NCBI GenBank assembly: GCA_964016885.1 | Contig: OZ024757.1 | Span: 40,982,001 to 41,046,000, forward strand | Length of the DNA stretch: 64,000 nucleotides | Source: Eledone cirrhosa | Taxonomy: Eukaryota | Reading direction: 5' to 3' | Shown: one piece after another, positions 48,651 to 63,975 of the stretch | How the letters are laid out: each line of letters opens with the position of its first letter | Numbering within the stretch: position 1 is the stretch's first letter | Position numbers and translations under genes: made by a program | Notes under the pieces: model-generated | What the model was told of the DNA's origin: nothing | The model's database searches: none | The model's input: the letters and a program-made list of their open reading frames with translations, nothing else

Positions 48651-49043
48651 TATATGCGTGTGTATGTGTATATGTGTGTGTCTATGACTGTGTGTATACA
48701 AACACATCTATACATATATCCGTATGTTGTGCCTGGCTATATGTTTCAGTGTTCTATCTCTATTGTCCATACTGTTGTTTCATTGTAAATGTATCAATAA
48801 TAAACAGAACAAAATATATTTCAATGACGTATAATTTCTTTTATCATTTTCTTGTTATATATACAGACATTCTCTTCTAAAATATGAATTTCCTGAAAGA
48901 ATATATGTGTTGGTATATATATATATATATGCATATTTAAAATGTATATTCAGACACATATATATATATATTGATATATATATATATAAACCTATTTAAT
49001 ATTTAATATTATATATATATATATATATATACCTATTTAAAAT

Positions 49044-49091
<48 letters not shown>

Positions 49092-49107
49092 ATTTAATAT
49101 TTAATAT

Positions 49108-49153
<46 letters not shown>

Positions 49154-49284
49154 AATGTATATATATGTGTATATATATTCCGCTTTTTTACGACGTACCA
49201 CTCCTTTTATCATTCGGTTGTTATATATACGTACATTTGCTTTTAAAATATGAATTTTCTGAAAGAATATATGTGCAAGTGTAT

Positions 49285-49315
<31 letters not shown>

Positions 49316-49489
49316 CATATATATATTTATACATATTCTATATATATGAATATATATATATATATATATATATTCAGATAAGTTTTTTTTTTCTTTTCCT
49401 TTGCAAGCATTTTGACAAGACAATTCTCGAAGCCATTCACGTAATGGTCTAATATATTTTCATTCTCATTCAGCCAAATCAAAACCCCA

Positions 49490-49750
49490 CCACCAACAAC
49501 ATACCCTCCACCACCAACACCAACATACCCTCCACCACCAACAACATACCCTCCACCACCAACACCAACATACCCTCCACCACCAACAACATACCCTCCA
49601 CCACCAACACCAACATACCCTCCACCACCAACAACATACCCTCCACCACCACCAACAACATACCCTCCACCACCAACAACAACATACCCTCCACCACCAA
49701 CACCAACATACCCTCCACCAGCAACAGCATACCCTCCACCACCAACAACA
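49490..49750. repeat. CAACATACCCTCCACCAC-type minisatellite (21-24 bp units)
   Basis: About 11 copies. Confidence 0.9.
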
Positions 49751-50000
49751 ACACCAATAAAAACAACACCACAAAAGATCGTAGTAGATAATAACAACAT
49801 CAACAGCAATATTAATAATAATAATAAAAATAGTAATAATAATAAAAATGGTAATAATAATAAAAATAATAATTAATGATAACAGAGACAATGACTATAG
49901 TAAATGATAGCATTTAAAAAGTATATCATATTACAACTATAGACATTTACATACAGGTATATATGTATATATACATTGTACATAGATACCTATATGTATT

Positions 50001-50104
<104 letters not shown>

Positions 50105-50123
50105 GAGAAAGAGAGAGAGATAT

Positions 50124-50169
<46 letters not shown>

Positions 50170-50316
50170 ATATAGATATATATAAACAAATAAAATATCT
50201 AATATTATTACTATATCTTAGATACACATATATACATTATATATTATAAAAGAGATATACACATATAGAGTAAGATAGATATAGATACATATGTGTATAT
50301 ATAATGTATATATGTA

Positions 50317-50391
<75 letters not shown>

Positions 50392-50481
50392 ATTGCCAAA
50401 ACTGAGCATGCATTGTTTGTTTTGATTTGTAGCTATTAAATTTTGCCAAATTTATTCCATGTATTTTTTATTCTTTTAACA

Positions 50482-50527
<46 letters not shown>

Positions 50528-50718
50528 CGTGTGTGTATATATATAAGTGTGTTTTATTTAATCTTATCTCTATTTACTATATTAACTTGGTCTATTTGCT
50601 TGACAAGACAATGCCAGCCGAAGAGAGAACCTCGAAGGCAACAGACCGTCTTATTGGAAATGGAGACATCTTAATACAGGCGGAATAAACAGCAAATATA
50701 CTATTGCTATTAACGTTG

Positions 50719-50852
<134 letters not shown>

Positions 50853-50859
50853 TATACAC

Positions 50860-50892
<33 letters not shown>

Positions 50893-50953
50893 CATACATA
50901 TATATATACATATATATATATATACATATATATATACTTACATATATACATAC

Positions 50954-51048
<95 letters not shown>

Positions 51049-51065
51049 CATACATATATATATAC

Positions 51066-51096
<31 letters not shown>

Positions 51097-51136
51097 CATA
51101 CATATATATATATACATATATATATATACATACATA

Positions 51137-51190
<54 letters not shown>

Positions 51191-51211
51191 CATACATATA
51201 TATATACATCC

Positions 51212-51260
<49 letters not shown>

Positions 51261-51974
51261 AACATATATATATATATATAAACATATATATATATATAAA
51301 CATATATATATATATTTACATATATATATAAATATATGTATATATACATACATGTATATTTATTTATGTGTATATGCATATATATATATATACATATATA
51401 CATATAAGTATATTTATTTATGTATTTATCTATATCTATCTATATATATGTATATATATAAATATATATATATAGAGAGAGAGAGGGAGAGAGAGGGGGG
51501 AAGTGAAGTAGATTTGTGTGTTTGTATGTATGTATGTCTGTCTGTCGGTTCCTTAACCACACAGCCATATATGTTCCTATACATATATATGTCTATGTAT
51601 TGAATCTCCTTTTAACCATATTTGGGAATTTACAAGTGGGTCTTTGCAGTTGAATTGAATCAAACGCCATGGCCCTCTTCCCTTTTACTCCTCCCTCAAG
51701 GATGTGGCAATCAAATATATGTGTATATGTATATATATATACTATGTGTATGTGTATATGTGACCCGATGTCATCTCCAGAGATTCTGGTATTGAAATCC
51801 AGGATTTGACAACGACAATGAACGACACAGCCACGTTGAGATCTATTGTTGCATTCATTTCGGCTGACGCCACCAGATGATGAAATATACTGACTATATT
51901 TTGGGGTATATTTGGGGAATTAATAACAAGAAGGTTGTTGACTAAATGGATGTTGAACCTACACTTTGCCTAGT

Positions 51975-52258
51975 ACTAGTCACGCACTGGGTCGATTTAA
52001 TCGATTTTCCCCGCCCCCAAAATTGCCGGCCTTGTGCCTATATAAGAACCCATTATTATTGGTAGAGCGTTAGACACTATGCTTTGCAGTATAGTGTCAC
52101 GGCCCTTTATGGTCTGAGTTCAAAACCCGCCGAGTTTTACTTTGCCTTTCATCCTTACTGGGTCGATAAAATAATGTACCAGTCACGCACTGGGGTCGAT
52201 TTAATTGACATTCCCCTCCTCCCAAATTGCTGGCCTTGTGCCTATATAAGAAAACATT
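51975..52258 (+). mobile_element. SINE family 1 copy preceded by a duplicated 3' half
   Basis: Same head, core and tail as other copies. Confidence 0.8.
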
Positions 52259-52932
52259 AATTACTTAATTTCACGATCAGGCTGTTCCATTGATCAGATC
52301 AACTGGAACACTTGTCGTCATAACCGACAGAGTGACTTCCACGCTGTAAGAACATGACTCACTATTATTGACCAGATTATATAAACACGTGTGTCACCCA
52401 ATTAATGTAAAGTTTGCATAGATTTTATACAACAAACATTATGTGACACATCATAGAACATAACATAACATATGAATTAATTAATTCGGTATAATGATTG
52501 CCGAATGAATTAATCATTGTTGAAATTTGACAATAAGTGCTCAAGATGAAAGAAAGAAAAAAAGAAAAAGAGAATGGAGCAATGTATAATTTTGCATATT
52601 TTTTCTAAGAGAGAACAGGAAAGTGCAATGAACTCTCTGCTCAAACAGGAATAATTTCGTGAATACAAGTCATGACCTTTTCACATCACAACACAGACGA
52701 ACATATTTTGTTTGGTCTTGTCTTTTTCGGGAGAGGGGGGGGGGGGAGACTTTTTCTTTTATTTATTTTTTTTTTTTATTGTTTCTTTGTGTCGATATCT
52801 TAATTTTATAATTTATTATTTCATATTATCATTAATATTAATATTATTATTATTATTTCATTTTTTTATTATTATTACTATATTATTATTACTATATTAT
52901 TATTACTATATTATTACTATCATTATTATTTC

Positions 52933-52971
<39 letters not shown>

Positions 52972-53249
52972 AGTTTTTGTCTTCATTTTGGTTTGGTTTT
53001 TTTTTGTTGTGTTGTTTTTTTCTCTTGTTGACTTTTTTCTTTTATTTTTATTTTTTTTTATTTTTATTTTTTTATTTTTTGCTAAATTTTTAATCTCATT
53101 TCTGACCAGTAACTGTAACGATAATTGAAACATTCATTTGTAAAGAAAAGATGAAAACAAAAAAAAACTACTCCAGCTTTGGAACTGATTGAGAGAGAAC
53201 ATTTAGATAAAGTTCTTGTTTCTATCGATATCATTACTTTTATTCTCTC

Positions 53250-53670
53250 TCTGTGTGTTTTGGTGTTGTGTGTGTGTTTTGTGTGTGTGTTTTGTGTGTG
53301 TGTTTTGTGTGTGTGTCTTGTGTGTGTGTGTTTGTGTGTGTGTGTTTTGTGTGTGTGTGTTTTGTGTGTGTGTTTGTGTGTGTGCCTTGTGTGTGTTTGT
53401 GTGTGTGTGTAGTTGTGTGTGTGTGTAGTTGTTTGTGTGTGTTTTGTGTGTGTAGTTGTGTGCATGTTTTGTGTGTGTGTTTTTTCTGTATCTGTAGTTG
53501 TGTGTATGTTTTGTGTGTGTTTTGTGCATGTGTAGTTGTGTGTATGTTTTGTGTGTGTGTTTTGTGTTTGTGTATGTTTTGTGTGTGTTTCTGTGTATGT
53601 GTAGTGTGTGTTTGTGTGGATGTGTAGTTGTGTGTTTGTGTAGTTGTGTGTGTGTAGTTGTGTTTGTTTC
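53250..53670. repeat. Degenerate (TG)n/TTTTGTG low-complexity tract
   Basis: Directly visible. Confidence 0.9.
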
Positions 53671-53862
53671 TATGTGTTTCTGTCTTCTTACTGTTATGCT
53701 TATTGTTGCTGTTTCTGTTTTAGTTGCTATTTTATCATTATTAGTATTATTATTGTTGTTGTTGTTATTGTTGTTGTTTTTGTTGTTGTTGTTGTTGTTT
53801 TTGTTTTTTATTGTTTCTTGTATTGATTCATTCACTAGCATATTGTCGCATATTGTCTGGAT

Positions 53863-53915
<53 letters not shown>

Positions 53916-53922
53916 CACACAC

Positions 53923-53970
<48 letters not shown>

Positions 53971-53982
53971 GCATACACACAC

Positions 53983-54051
<69 letters not shown>

Positions 54052-54264
54052 TATTGTTTTGTTTCAATCTTCTTCTTTTTCTTCTTCTTCTTGTTTGCTC
54101 TTGTAGAATAAAATCAATCAATTTAGGTGATTGTAAATTTGTGGGTGATCAAATATATTTCTGCAACTTTAAAACATTGGTTTTGATAATTGACTTGCAG
54201 CGTTTTTTTAACGTTTATTCTATAACACTTTATCGTTTCATACTAGAAGAAACATAATGAATAT

Positions 54265-54383
<119 letters not shown>

Positions 54384-54403
54384 CATACATATATATATAC
54401 ACT

Positions 54404-54474
<71 letters not shown>

Positions 54475-54947
54475 TTATATACATATATAATTATTATAAT
54501 ATGGCCTCCGATCTTTTTAATACTATAAATATATATACATATATATGTATATATATATATATATAGTATATATATATATATACATACATACATACATACA
54601 TACATACATACTTACATATACACACAGACACATACACACACACACATATATATATACACACACATACATATATATAACATCAAAGTTGTTCAGAACTTAA
54701 ATTAAATTTTATACGGTGGAAATTGAGATTGCTAAAGGGGAAACAGTACAAAAATATATAAATAAATTAAAATAAAATAAAATAAAAAAGGAATAAACAA
54801 AACATTAATTCGGAAAAGTCAAAATATATTCCAAGAAAATTCCAGTCATAGAAAATATAGAAGTAATACTTAATGAGTGAGCAGTGATTAAATTAACGGA
54901 GTTCTCGTTATTTTACCGTTGAAAATATCATTTAAATGACCATAATT

Positions 54948-55272
54948 ATAATTGTTTCTCTTGTTTGAAATAAGGCCAGCAATTTGAAGAGAAGGAGGAA
55001 GTCGATTTTATTGACTCTAGTCTATTACTGGTACTTTATTTTATACACTCTGTAAGGATGAAAAGCAAAGCTAACCTCGGCGGGGTTTGAACACAGAATG
55101 AAAAGGATCAAAACTAAATGCTGCAAAGTATTTTGTCTGACGCTCCAATTATAATAATAATAATGGTTTCTGATACAAGGCCAGCAATTTGAAGGGGGAA
55201 AAGATACTGATTAAATCGACCCAGTTTATGACAGGTACTTTATTTTATCTACCCTGTAAGTATGAAAGGCAA
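54948..55272 (-). mobile_element. Two adjacent SINE family 1 copies
   Basis: Core GTA(A)GGATGAAA..CAAAG and AAGGCCAGCAATTTG each occur twice. Confidence 0.75.
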
Positions 55273-55278
55273 AGATAG

Positions 55279-55381
<103 letters not shown>

Positions 55382-55891
55382 CATATTGAGACGCCGATAA
55401 ACTTTGATAAAATAGCTGATACAATGCAGTAGACAAATACGAATAGAAAATGATGACAAATAACACAAAATAAAGAATGTTATGTTTTACCCAGTGTGTT
55501 TTGAATGACACAGTAAATGAAGAAATATATTAGTTTAACATTTGATATAGTAGGAAATATATATAAATATATATTTATATATATCTTGAGTGTATTTCAT
55601 CATAGTCTCAGCTTAGCCCAATGCCAAGTTGTACATGATTTTGGGTGGACAGCAGAGACTTTTGCTGAGGCCCAGAAGGAGAAATACATACCATCCTGTT
55701 CATGCATAATGTCACACTGACAGAAAGTGAGAGTTACTTTAAGCATACACGTGTCTGTGGAAGCTCAATATATTTCAGGACTAATTCAATGTGCAAGTAA
55801 TTCACTTAATCGACAACTGGAATTTTTACAGTCCAAAGACTACAGATATATATATATATGTATATATATATACACACACACATATATATAT

Positions 55892-55932
<41 letters not shown>

Positions 55933-56090
55933 TCCCGAGTCCGGTAACCTTATAGGCACCCGATTTACGTGTGTTGTGTTGAGGCAAATAACTATATGTA
56001 TACTCTGGTAATGTATCTTACATTGCCCATGGAGTGCGCTGAGATACAACCGGTACTGGCATTGATAAATATGCTGGGTCCATCAACCCT

Positions 56091-56130
<40 letters not shown>

Positions 56131-56321
56131 TTATTTGTTTATTTTTATTGGATCTATGCATGTATGTATATTTGTTTGAGTGTATCAACATGTATATGCA
56201 CGTATATATGTGATCAGATATATATATATGTGTATATGCTTAGATGTATATATGCATGTATATGTGTGTGTTTATGCATTATATATGTAGGCATATGTGT
56301 ATGTATGTATATTTGTAAGTT

Positions 56322-56360
<39 letters not shown>

Positions 56361-56484
56361 GAGAGAGAGAGATACTCTGTATTTGCATACGAATGCAATA
56401 AAATTTATGTATTCATGTATATAACTTTATATACATACGCATATATATATATGTATATATGTATATATATGTTTGTGTATATAT

Positions 56485-56529
<45 letters not shown>

Positions 56530-56583
56530 AATGGTAGCTAAGATGCTTCCATATATATATACCTAATGGTAGCTAAGATGCTT

Positions 56584-56635
<52 letters not shown>

Positions 56636-57317
56636 AATGGAAGCTAAGATGCTTCCATATATATATATATATATACTGTAGTTATATACGCATGCATATT
56701 TAAATATCCTTTGTGTAAAACCGGCTTAAAGCAATTTGACATAGAGGTGAATTGAAACATTTTAATATTGGAGTTGAAATTGTTTACACAGTAAAACTAT
56801 AGAGAAGTTTAATGATATAGTTAGAATATTCAGGCAGCGGATAGGGACTGAATTTTCATACTTGTAACAACCCATTACAATTTTCTACATATCAAATTAT
56901 GTAAGATTTCGCATTATTCATTGGTTCCTCTCTTTGAAGAGATTTTCGGCTTGAATTTAATATCTGAAAATTCAGAAAGCACTTGTAATGAGCTAAGTAA
57001 ATGGAAATTGCTTCTGTGTATTAGTGCCTGCCAAGAGAGCTTGCTCTCAGGAAATGGATAATAGGGAGAATTTGGAAAATATTATTTAAAATAAAGTAGG
57101 AATACAGTGAATTCCCGAATGTTATTGTGAGAATGAGAAAGAGATATATAGAAACAATAGACTCCAGTACGGGACTGGTACTTTTCAGACCCCAGTAAAA
57201 CACAGTAACAATAGTTTCTGATTTAGGCACAAGGCCAATATTTGTGGGGAGGAGTATGTCAATTAAGGTACCGGTGTTTTATTTTATTGACCCCCTGTAA
57301 GGATTTTTAATTTTTAT

Positions 57318-57750
57318 TTTGAAAGTAGGTTTATAATTATTAATTTTCACTATACTTTCGTGGTTGTTTCGGTGGCCTAGTGGTAGGAATTATAGACGGT
57401 GGTGAGCTAGGTCTGAAGTTCGATCGTGGTAGGGAGTAGGGTTCCCAGTAAACCTTTTCAGTTTTTTTTCTATGGAATGTAAAATAAAAACTGAAAAAAA
57501 CTATATGTACCTCTCGACCCAAGACTAGGTTCTCCACCGTCTCTAATACCTGCCACTGAGACAACTACGAAACTCTAATGAAAATTCGTACTTATAAACC
57601 TACTTTCAAAATATTCAATGCAAAATGATTTGGTGTCGTTCATGTCTTTCTTAATGTTATTGCTCCTACTTAAGGTCGACTTCTAAATCATTTGTGTGTT
57701 CCATAAACTACATCATCGTTTTGTTTTTCACCTTTCTAGACTATCTATCT
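57318..57750 (+). mobile_element. Family P element copy
   Basis: High similarity to 36425-36860. Confidence 0.8.
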
Positions 57751-57752
57751 AG

Positions 57753-57807
<55 letters not shown>

Positions 57808-58559
57808 TCAACACCATTGCACGTCCATTTTTCCAGGCTAGCATAAATTCAGATCACATTTAGTGAAATATTTATGCAAGTAAATGCGAAATGGAAATTG
57901 AAAATCAAGAAATAGAAAAGAGGCGAAAGAATTAAAGAAAAATAATCTATTAGCCAGATATACAATGGAGCTGTGAAAGACTTGCTTCAGCCTTCAATGT
58001 TATTACACCACTTTTTCCATAATATAAACTTTGATACTATCGTTGCCTCAAGCTTTTCTTCATGAATTGATTAATAAATATAGAGTAAGCATAAATGTAC
58101 CGAATAAATATTTTGGTAAAAATAAGAAAGTATGTTATATATATAGATATATTAATATATGTATATATATATGTATATATATATATGTGTATATATATAT
58201 ATTTCAAAATTTGAACTTAAAAACATTTTATGAAATAAATTTGTAAATCAATATAAATAAATAAAAATATTTGTGTGTGTGTATGAATATATATTCATAT
58301 ATACAAATATATACGTATGTGTGAGTGTGTATATACATATATATATGTGTAGGGGTGTTTATTATTGAACTATAATAGATATCAGGTAGATATATGATCT
58401 TAACGTGACAGATCTTCGCTGCTAGGCAAATAATATTTTGTAAATAACTTCATGTTTCAACCAAACTCCTATCTTTGATCTTTTAATGTGGTGTTGAATT
58501 ATTATATTTTACCATCTTCCACACGTGAATACTGAAAATATTTATTTATAATAACTATG

Positions 58560-58625
<66 letters not shown>

Positions 58626-58837
58626 ATGTATGTAAAAGGTAAACAGAAATAACAACACATTATATATATATTATATTATATATATATATACACATATATA
58701 TGTATATATGTGTATATATATAGAGAGATTATATATATATATATATTAGCGCTTGCCAGACATCTCGGAAGTTGTTTTTCGCTAATTTCCAAAGCCGAAA
58801 TACGATTCTCGCTAATTTATATTTGTATGTATGTATG

Positions 58838-58919
<82 letters not shown>

Positions 58920-58938
58920 CATATATATATATATATAC

Positions 58939-58973
<35 letters not shown>

Positions 58974-59048
58974 CATATAATCAAGGTTTAGCAAATAGAG
59001 AAATGTTTTTAAATAAATTTTAAAAAGTTTACTGTACCTACTATATTT

Positions 59049-59132
59049 ACCCTTACCGCGCGGTTTCGAGTCTCAAAATAAATGGATAATCCATGCGGAA
59101 ATCCATTGAGAAGAAGACTTTCGTCAGAGGGT
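59049..59132 (-). ncRNA. Type I hammerhead ribozyme with long stem II
   Basis: Minus strand: ACCCU-CUGACGA-aAGUCU...AGACUc-GAAAC-CGCGCG-GUA|-AGGGU, with palindromic stem III ACCGCGCGGU. Confidence 0.85.
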
Positions 59133-59432
59133 TCTTCTCACTCGGAGAATATAAAATTCCCGAGTTCAAATCCCGAACTGGCGCCATACAGAACTGTTCC
59201 CGGATGAGAGTGTATGATGAAGAAACAATTTTGTCTAGTGCCGTGTGTAAAAATAGAAGGCAGGGGCGGAAAGGTCAATGTCCTGCCACTAGAAATAGCA
59301 GCAGTTAAAACGACCAAAATGTTATCTCGACTAGGGGAGATTAATAATAATAAAGTATGTTTTCCTACATGCATAAAATGTATATAGAGACACATGTATT
59401 ATCCAACCGTATGCCAATGTGGTTCTATGGCA

Positions 59433-59517
<85 letters not shown>

Positions 59518-59535
59518 TTATATATTATAGACAGG

Positions 59536-59578
<43 letters not shown>

Positions 59579-59994
59579 GTAGATAGGTAGGTAGGTAGGT
59601 AGGTAGGTAGGTAGGTAGGTAGGTAGGTAGGTAGGTAGGTAGGTAGGTAGGTAGGTAGATAGGTAGGTAGGTAGGTAGGTAGATGGATAGATATACATAT
59701 TAAAAGGCCGATAAATGTTTTTTTTAAAAGCCAGTACAATACTGTAAAAATATATAAAGGGCAAATTATGACAAATAAAACAAAACAAAGTAATGTTTTA
59801 CCCAGTATATCTAAACATGATATTTCAGGGTCATACCCCCTTTTTAGATAGGAAATTAAAACAATCCAAGACAAAACAAACGAGACACCATGGTTTACAA
59901 AGTTTTCTGAGAAAGAGAGTGAGAGAGGGAAGGGGAGACAGAGAGACAGAGACAGAGAGAGGGAGAGATAGAAGGGGAGACAGAGAAACAGAGA

Positions 59995-60047
<53 letters not shown>

Positions 60048-60637
60048 CCCTTTATGTAATTGTATGGTTTCCCATTAAACAAGACAACAACAAAATTTAT
60101 TTGTCTAAATGGGAGTGAAGCTAGCGTGTAGTTCAAAGAAAGGAAAAGACTAACTTTAAAATGTTCTCTTTAGTAAGAATGAACGAAATTAAAAACACCT
60201 GCTGCTACAGCTACTACTGCTGTTGCTGCTACTGGTGTTGTTGCTACTGGTGTTGTTGTTGTTGCTGCCAATGACATAAGCAATCTAAAATGTGTCTTCA
60301 GTGAAGACTATGGCCAGGTGAGGCGAGTTTCTATGGGAAATGAAATGTCATTTAACTAATATATTGTCGCCAGAGTGTCTGGATGTGAGGTTTTGCTATC
60401 ATACCTGTTCTTTTAATTGTGGTATCTTCTCTCTTCTATAAACTATCATGTTTGTGTTGTTTGTTTGTGTTGTTTGTCTGTTTGTGAATCGAAAAATGAA
60501 AATATACTATCAGTAATGAATCATTTTGCTCTGCCTCGGAATTAAGATGGAATAGTTATATACATATAAAAAAGAAAGAAAATTTCACTCTACATGGCTG
60601 AATACAATAAATGTAATCTGGGTTTTTCGAATATTAA

Positions 60638-60825
60638 TAATTGTTTCTACTTTAGGCACAAGGCCAGCAATTACCCAGTGCATTACTGGTACTTTATTTT
60701 ATCGACCCCGTAAGGATGAAAGGCAAAGTCAACCTCGGCGGGATTTGAACTCAGATCGTAAAGGGACGTAACTATGCTGGAAAGCATGGCGTCCGACTCT
60801 CTACCGATACTGCCAATCCACCACC
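60638..60825 (-). mobile_element. SINE family 1 copy
   Basis: Near full-length. Confidence 0.85.
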
Positions 60826-60864
60826 CTTTCGAAGATTAATAATTGTTTCTACTTTAGGAAGATT

Positions 60865-61303
60865 AATAATAACATTCGATTCGTTTGCAATTATGCAAAC
60901 AAAAGCCATGTAGAGCGAAATTTTCTTTTTTATTTGAATTTGGCAAAGCCGGCCATTTATCGCCCGTATACAGAAAACTGACTGGCCAGTCTGCTGATAT
61001 ACAAATCTAGCTGATCAGTGGATCTGCTAATATGCAGATCTGACTGATCAGCCAGTCTGCTAATATGCAAATCAGGCTGTTCAGTCACTGTGTATTTTTG
61101 AAAATAGCATATATTTTCACTAGCTCTGGCAGTTGGCAGCTGAAGAGTAATTGTACTGATGAAGGGTGATACCCAGAAACATTAGTGTCTGCAGTTCTGT
61201 TCGCATACCAACACAAGAGCAAGAATGAAGTTTTCATTCTACTGACATGGCTATAAAATTGAGGCTTGTTTGCATAATTGCAAACGAATCGAATGTTATT
61301 ATT
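60865..61303 (+). mobile_element. Inverted-terminus element containing a hammerhead
   Basis: ~38-bp inverted ends AATAATAACATTCGATTCGTTTGCAATTATGCAAACAA; internal sub-repeats TCTGCT.ATAT.CA.ATC. Confidence 0.7.
61149..61196 (+). ncRNA. Type I hammerhead ribozyme
   Basis: AAUUGUA-CUGAUGA-aGGGUgauACCCa-GAAAC-AUUAGU-GUC|-UGCAGUU (7-bp stem I including G-U pairs). Confidence 0.85.
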
Positions 61304-61490
61304 GTGGATTGGCAGTATCGGTAGAGGGTCGGACGCCATGCTTTGACGTATAGAGTTACAGCCCTTGCCATTCTGAGTTCAAATCCCGCCGAGGTTAACT
61401 TTGCCTTTCATCCTTACGGGGTCGATAAAATAAAGTACCAGTAATGCACTGGGTAATTGCTGGCCTTGTGCCAAAAAGTAGAAACAATTA
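61304..61490 (+). mobile_element. SINE family 1 copy
   Basis: Near full-length; inverted relative to the 60638 copy. Confidence 0.85.
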
Positions 61491-61531
61491 TTAATATTCG
61501 AAAAACTCAGATTACATTTGTTATATACATA

Positions 61532-62431
61532 TCTATATATATAAAACAGAGTATGTCTGTCTGTGTGTGTGTGTGAGTTTGAATCCCTAAAACTCGAGAA
61601 CCACCCAACCGACTGTTTTGAGACTTTACACATGTAATACTTATGTTTCAGGGAGTGTTCTGAGCAAAACAAATTTCAAATTTTCAATGCCCTAGGGACA
61701 GCATTAGGCGATTTAACGATCTCTTCTATAATTCTTAGTCTTTCTCTTTTTAGATAGATACATATATATATAACGTCGCGCCCTTATAATATCTGTCTGT
61801 CTGTCTGCATTACGTCACTTCCCTCAGGATGTGTGTGTGTGTGTGTGTGAGTTTGAATCCCTAAAACTCGAGAAATACCCAACCGACTTTTTTCAAACTT
61901 TACATGTGAATTATTTATGTTTCCGGGAGTGTTATGCAAATAAAAAAATTCAACTTTTTTATCCCCTAGGGCCTGCATTAGTTGAAAAACTGCGTTTTTC
62001 AGGGTGGGTGGGGGTTGAGTCGTTACGTCAGACTGATTTCCTTGAAATTGTAACTATGTATTAGTCAGTCTCTTCTTCATACCGTGAGCAAAGAAAATCC
62101 AACTTTTTTATGGCCTAGGGCCCACATTAGGTGAAAAACTTCATTTTTTCAGCTTTTTAGGGCTTTTTTCTAGCCGATTTTCCCGAAATTTCAAGGCATA
62201 TTATGCATATAAAAAAAATTCATTTTCTTGATACCCTAGGGCCCGCATTATGTGAAACCCTGCATTTTTCCTGCTTCATCGAGGAAAATCTTAAAGATTA
62301 TCCAGCCATCAGAGTATTCGGTTTATTTTCTTTACATATTGTCCACGCATGCTGTTTTTCCACGATTAGGTCTGTTGGCGGCCCGCGTTCCAAAATACCT
62401 TATCCCATGCAACGCCAGGTACCACTGCTAG
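61532..62431 (+). mobile_element. Non-autonomous Helitron
   Basis: a|TCTATATATATAAAA 5' end; 3' degenerate hairpin CCCATGCAACGCCAGG followed by CTAG|t; internal duplicated head (GAGTTTGAATCCCTAAAACTCGAGAA x2) and four CCTAGGG..GCATTA-type sub-repeats. Confidence 0.75.
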
Positions 62432-62519
62432 TATATATATATATAGATAGATAGATAGATATATATCTTATAGATATATAGATATATCTTATATATATGT
62501 GTATATATATATATATATG

Positions 62520-62637
<118 letters not shown>

Positions 62638-62654
62638 GTGTGTGTATATATATG

Positions 62655-62704
<50 letters not shown>

Positions 62705-63444
62705 TATGTTTGTCTATATATATATATATACAATGTAGGTATGTCTGTATATATATATATATGAAAAAATAAGTAAGTTTTCACTTTATGTTGGTAAATT
62801 AGTATTTGTGTAGAATGAATATATAAATAATAGTGAACGAACAGCTTACCAGATATTTGTTCTCATTGGGGTTAATGGGGTTATGTAATATAAAGGAAAT
62901 ATATGTAAAACCACCACAAAAAACAGAATATGGAGGAAAAATAGAAGTCCACTCACCCACCCTCCCCTACCAAAAAACCAATATGCAGGAAAGAAGTGTT
63001 AAAAAAATTAAAAGAAAATCAATGAAGGAAGAGTTATGTTGCTTAAAAGCTGTGATTCATTGCATTTCTCTTTGTAGGATCATTATTTAGAGAGAGAAAG
63101 AGAGAGGGGGAGATAGAGAGAGAGAGAGAGAGAGACATCATTATGTAGAGAGAGAGAGGGGGTATAGAGAGATCATTATTTAGAGAGAGATAATTATGTA
63201 GAGAGAGAGGGGACGGAGAGATCATTATGTAGGGAGAGCGGAGAGAGATTTAGCTATATAGAGGATGACAGAGTGATCATTATATAAGGAGAGAGTGAAA
63301 GAGATCATTAGAAAGAGAGAGAGGGGGGAGAGGGGGGGGGGAGATTTATCAATGACAACTGACTAAAAGGAGATAACACTAGAGTTCACCAAGACAATCT
63401 GTTAAACATTTGTACACATCAAGACAATGCAATAATAATAATAA

Positions 63445-63515
<71 letters not shown>

Positions 63516-63627
63516 ATAGTAATGTTTTATAAAGCGGTCAAAAAACGTTAGATCCAATTATTTATCTTGTGTATGTATAGGTATGTATACATATATGTAT
63601 ATAAATATATATATAGAGAGAGAGAGG

Positions 63628-63810
63628 GATGAGATTCTACAGGACTAGAACTGTTTCATTCTTTAGAAATCATCAGGGATTCCTGATGATTTCTAAAGAA
63701 TGAAACAGTTCTAGTCCTGTAGAATCTCATCTATATTAAAACTGTTATACTCTGCTATGTATTGAGTACCTTACTTACTGGGGTTACCTCTGATTCAACC
63801 CGGAATAACG
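63628..63810 (+). mobile_element. Fold-back mini-element with complete hammerhead
   Basis: Perfect ~50-bp arms around CAGG-GATT-CCTG; tail ends CCGGAATAACG|(TA)n. Confidence 0.75.
63678..63726 (+). ncRNA. Type I hammerhead ribozyme
   Basis: GAUUC-CUGAUGA-uUUCuaaaGAAu-GAA-ACAG-uucuaguc-CUGU-A|-GAAUC. Confidence 0.8.
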
Positions 63811-63843
<33 letters not shown>

Positions 63844-63847
63844 ATAC

Positions 63848-63923
<76 letters not shown>

Positions 63924-63940
63924 ACATATACATATATATG

Positions 63941-63975
<35 letters not shown>

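Noticed and set aside
50620-50715. CCGAAGA-GAGaacCUC-GAAG motif followed by AATAAA
   Set aside because: Two core mismatches and no clear stem I or III.
60290-60325. Possible micro-exon (..ttcag|TGAAGACTATGGCCAG|gtgagg)
   Set aside because: Splice-like words alone are common; no supporting neighbouring exons.
61304-61395. tRNA gene
   Set aside because: A/B-box region is a SINE head continuing into the SINE core; no full cloverleaf.
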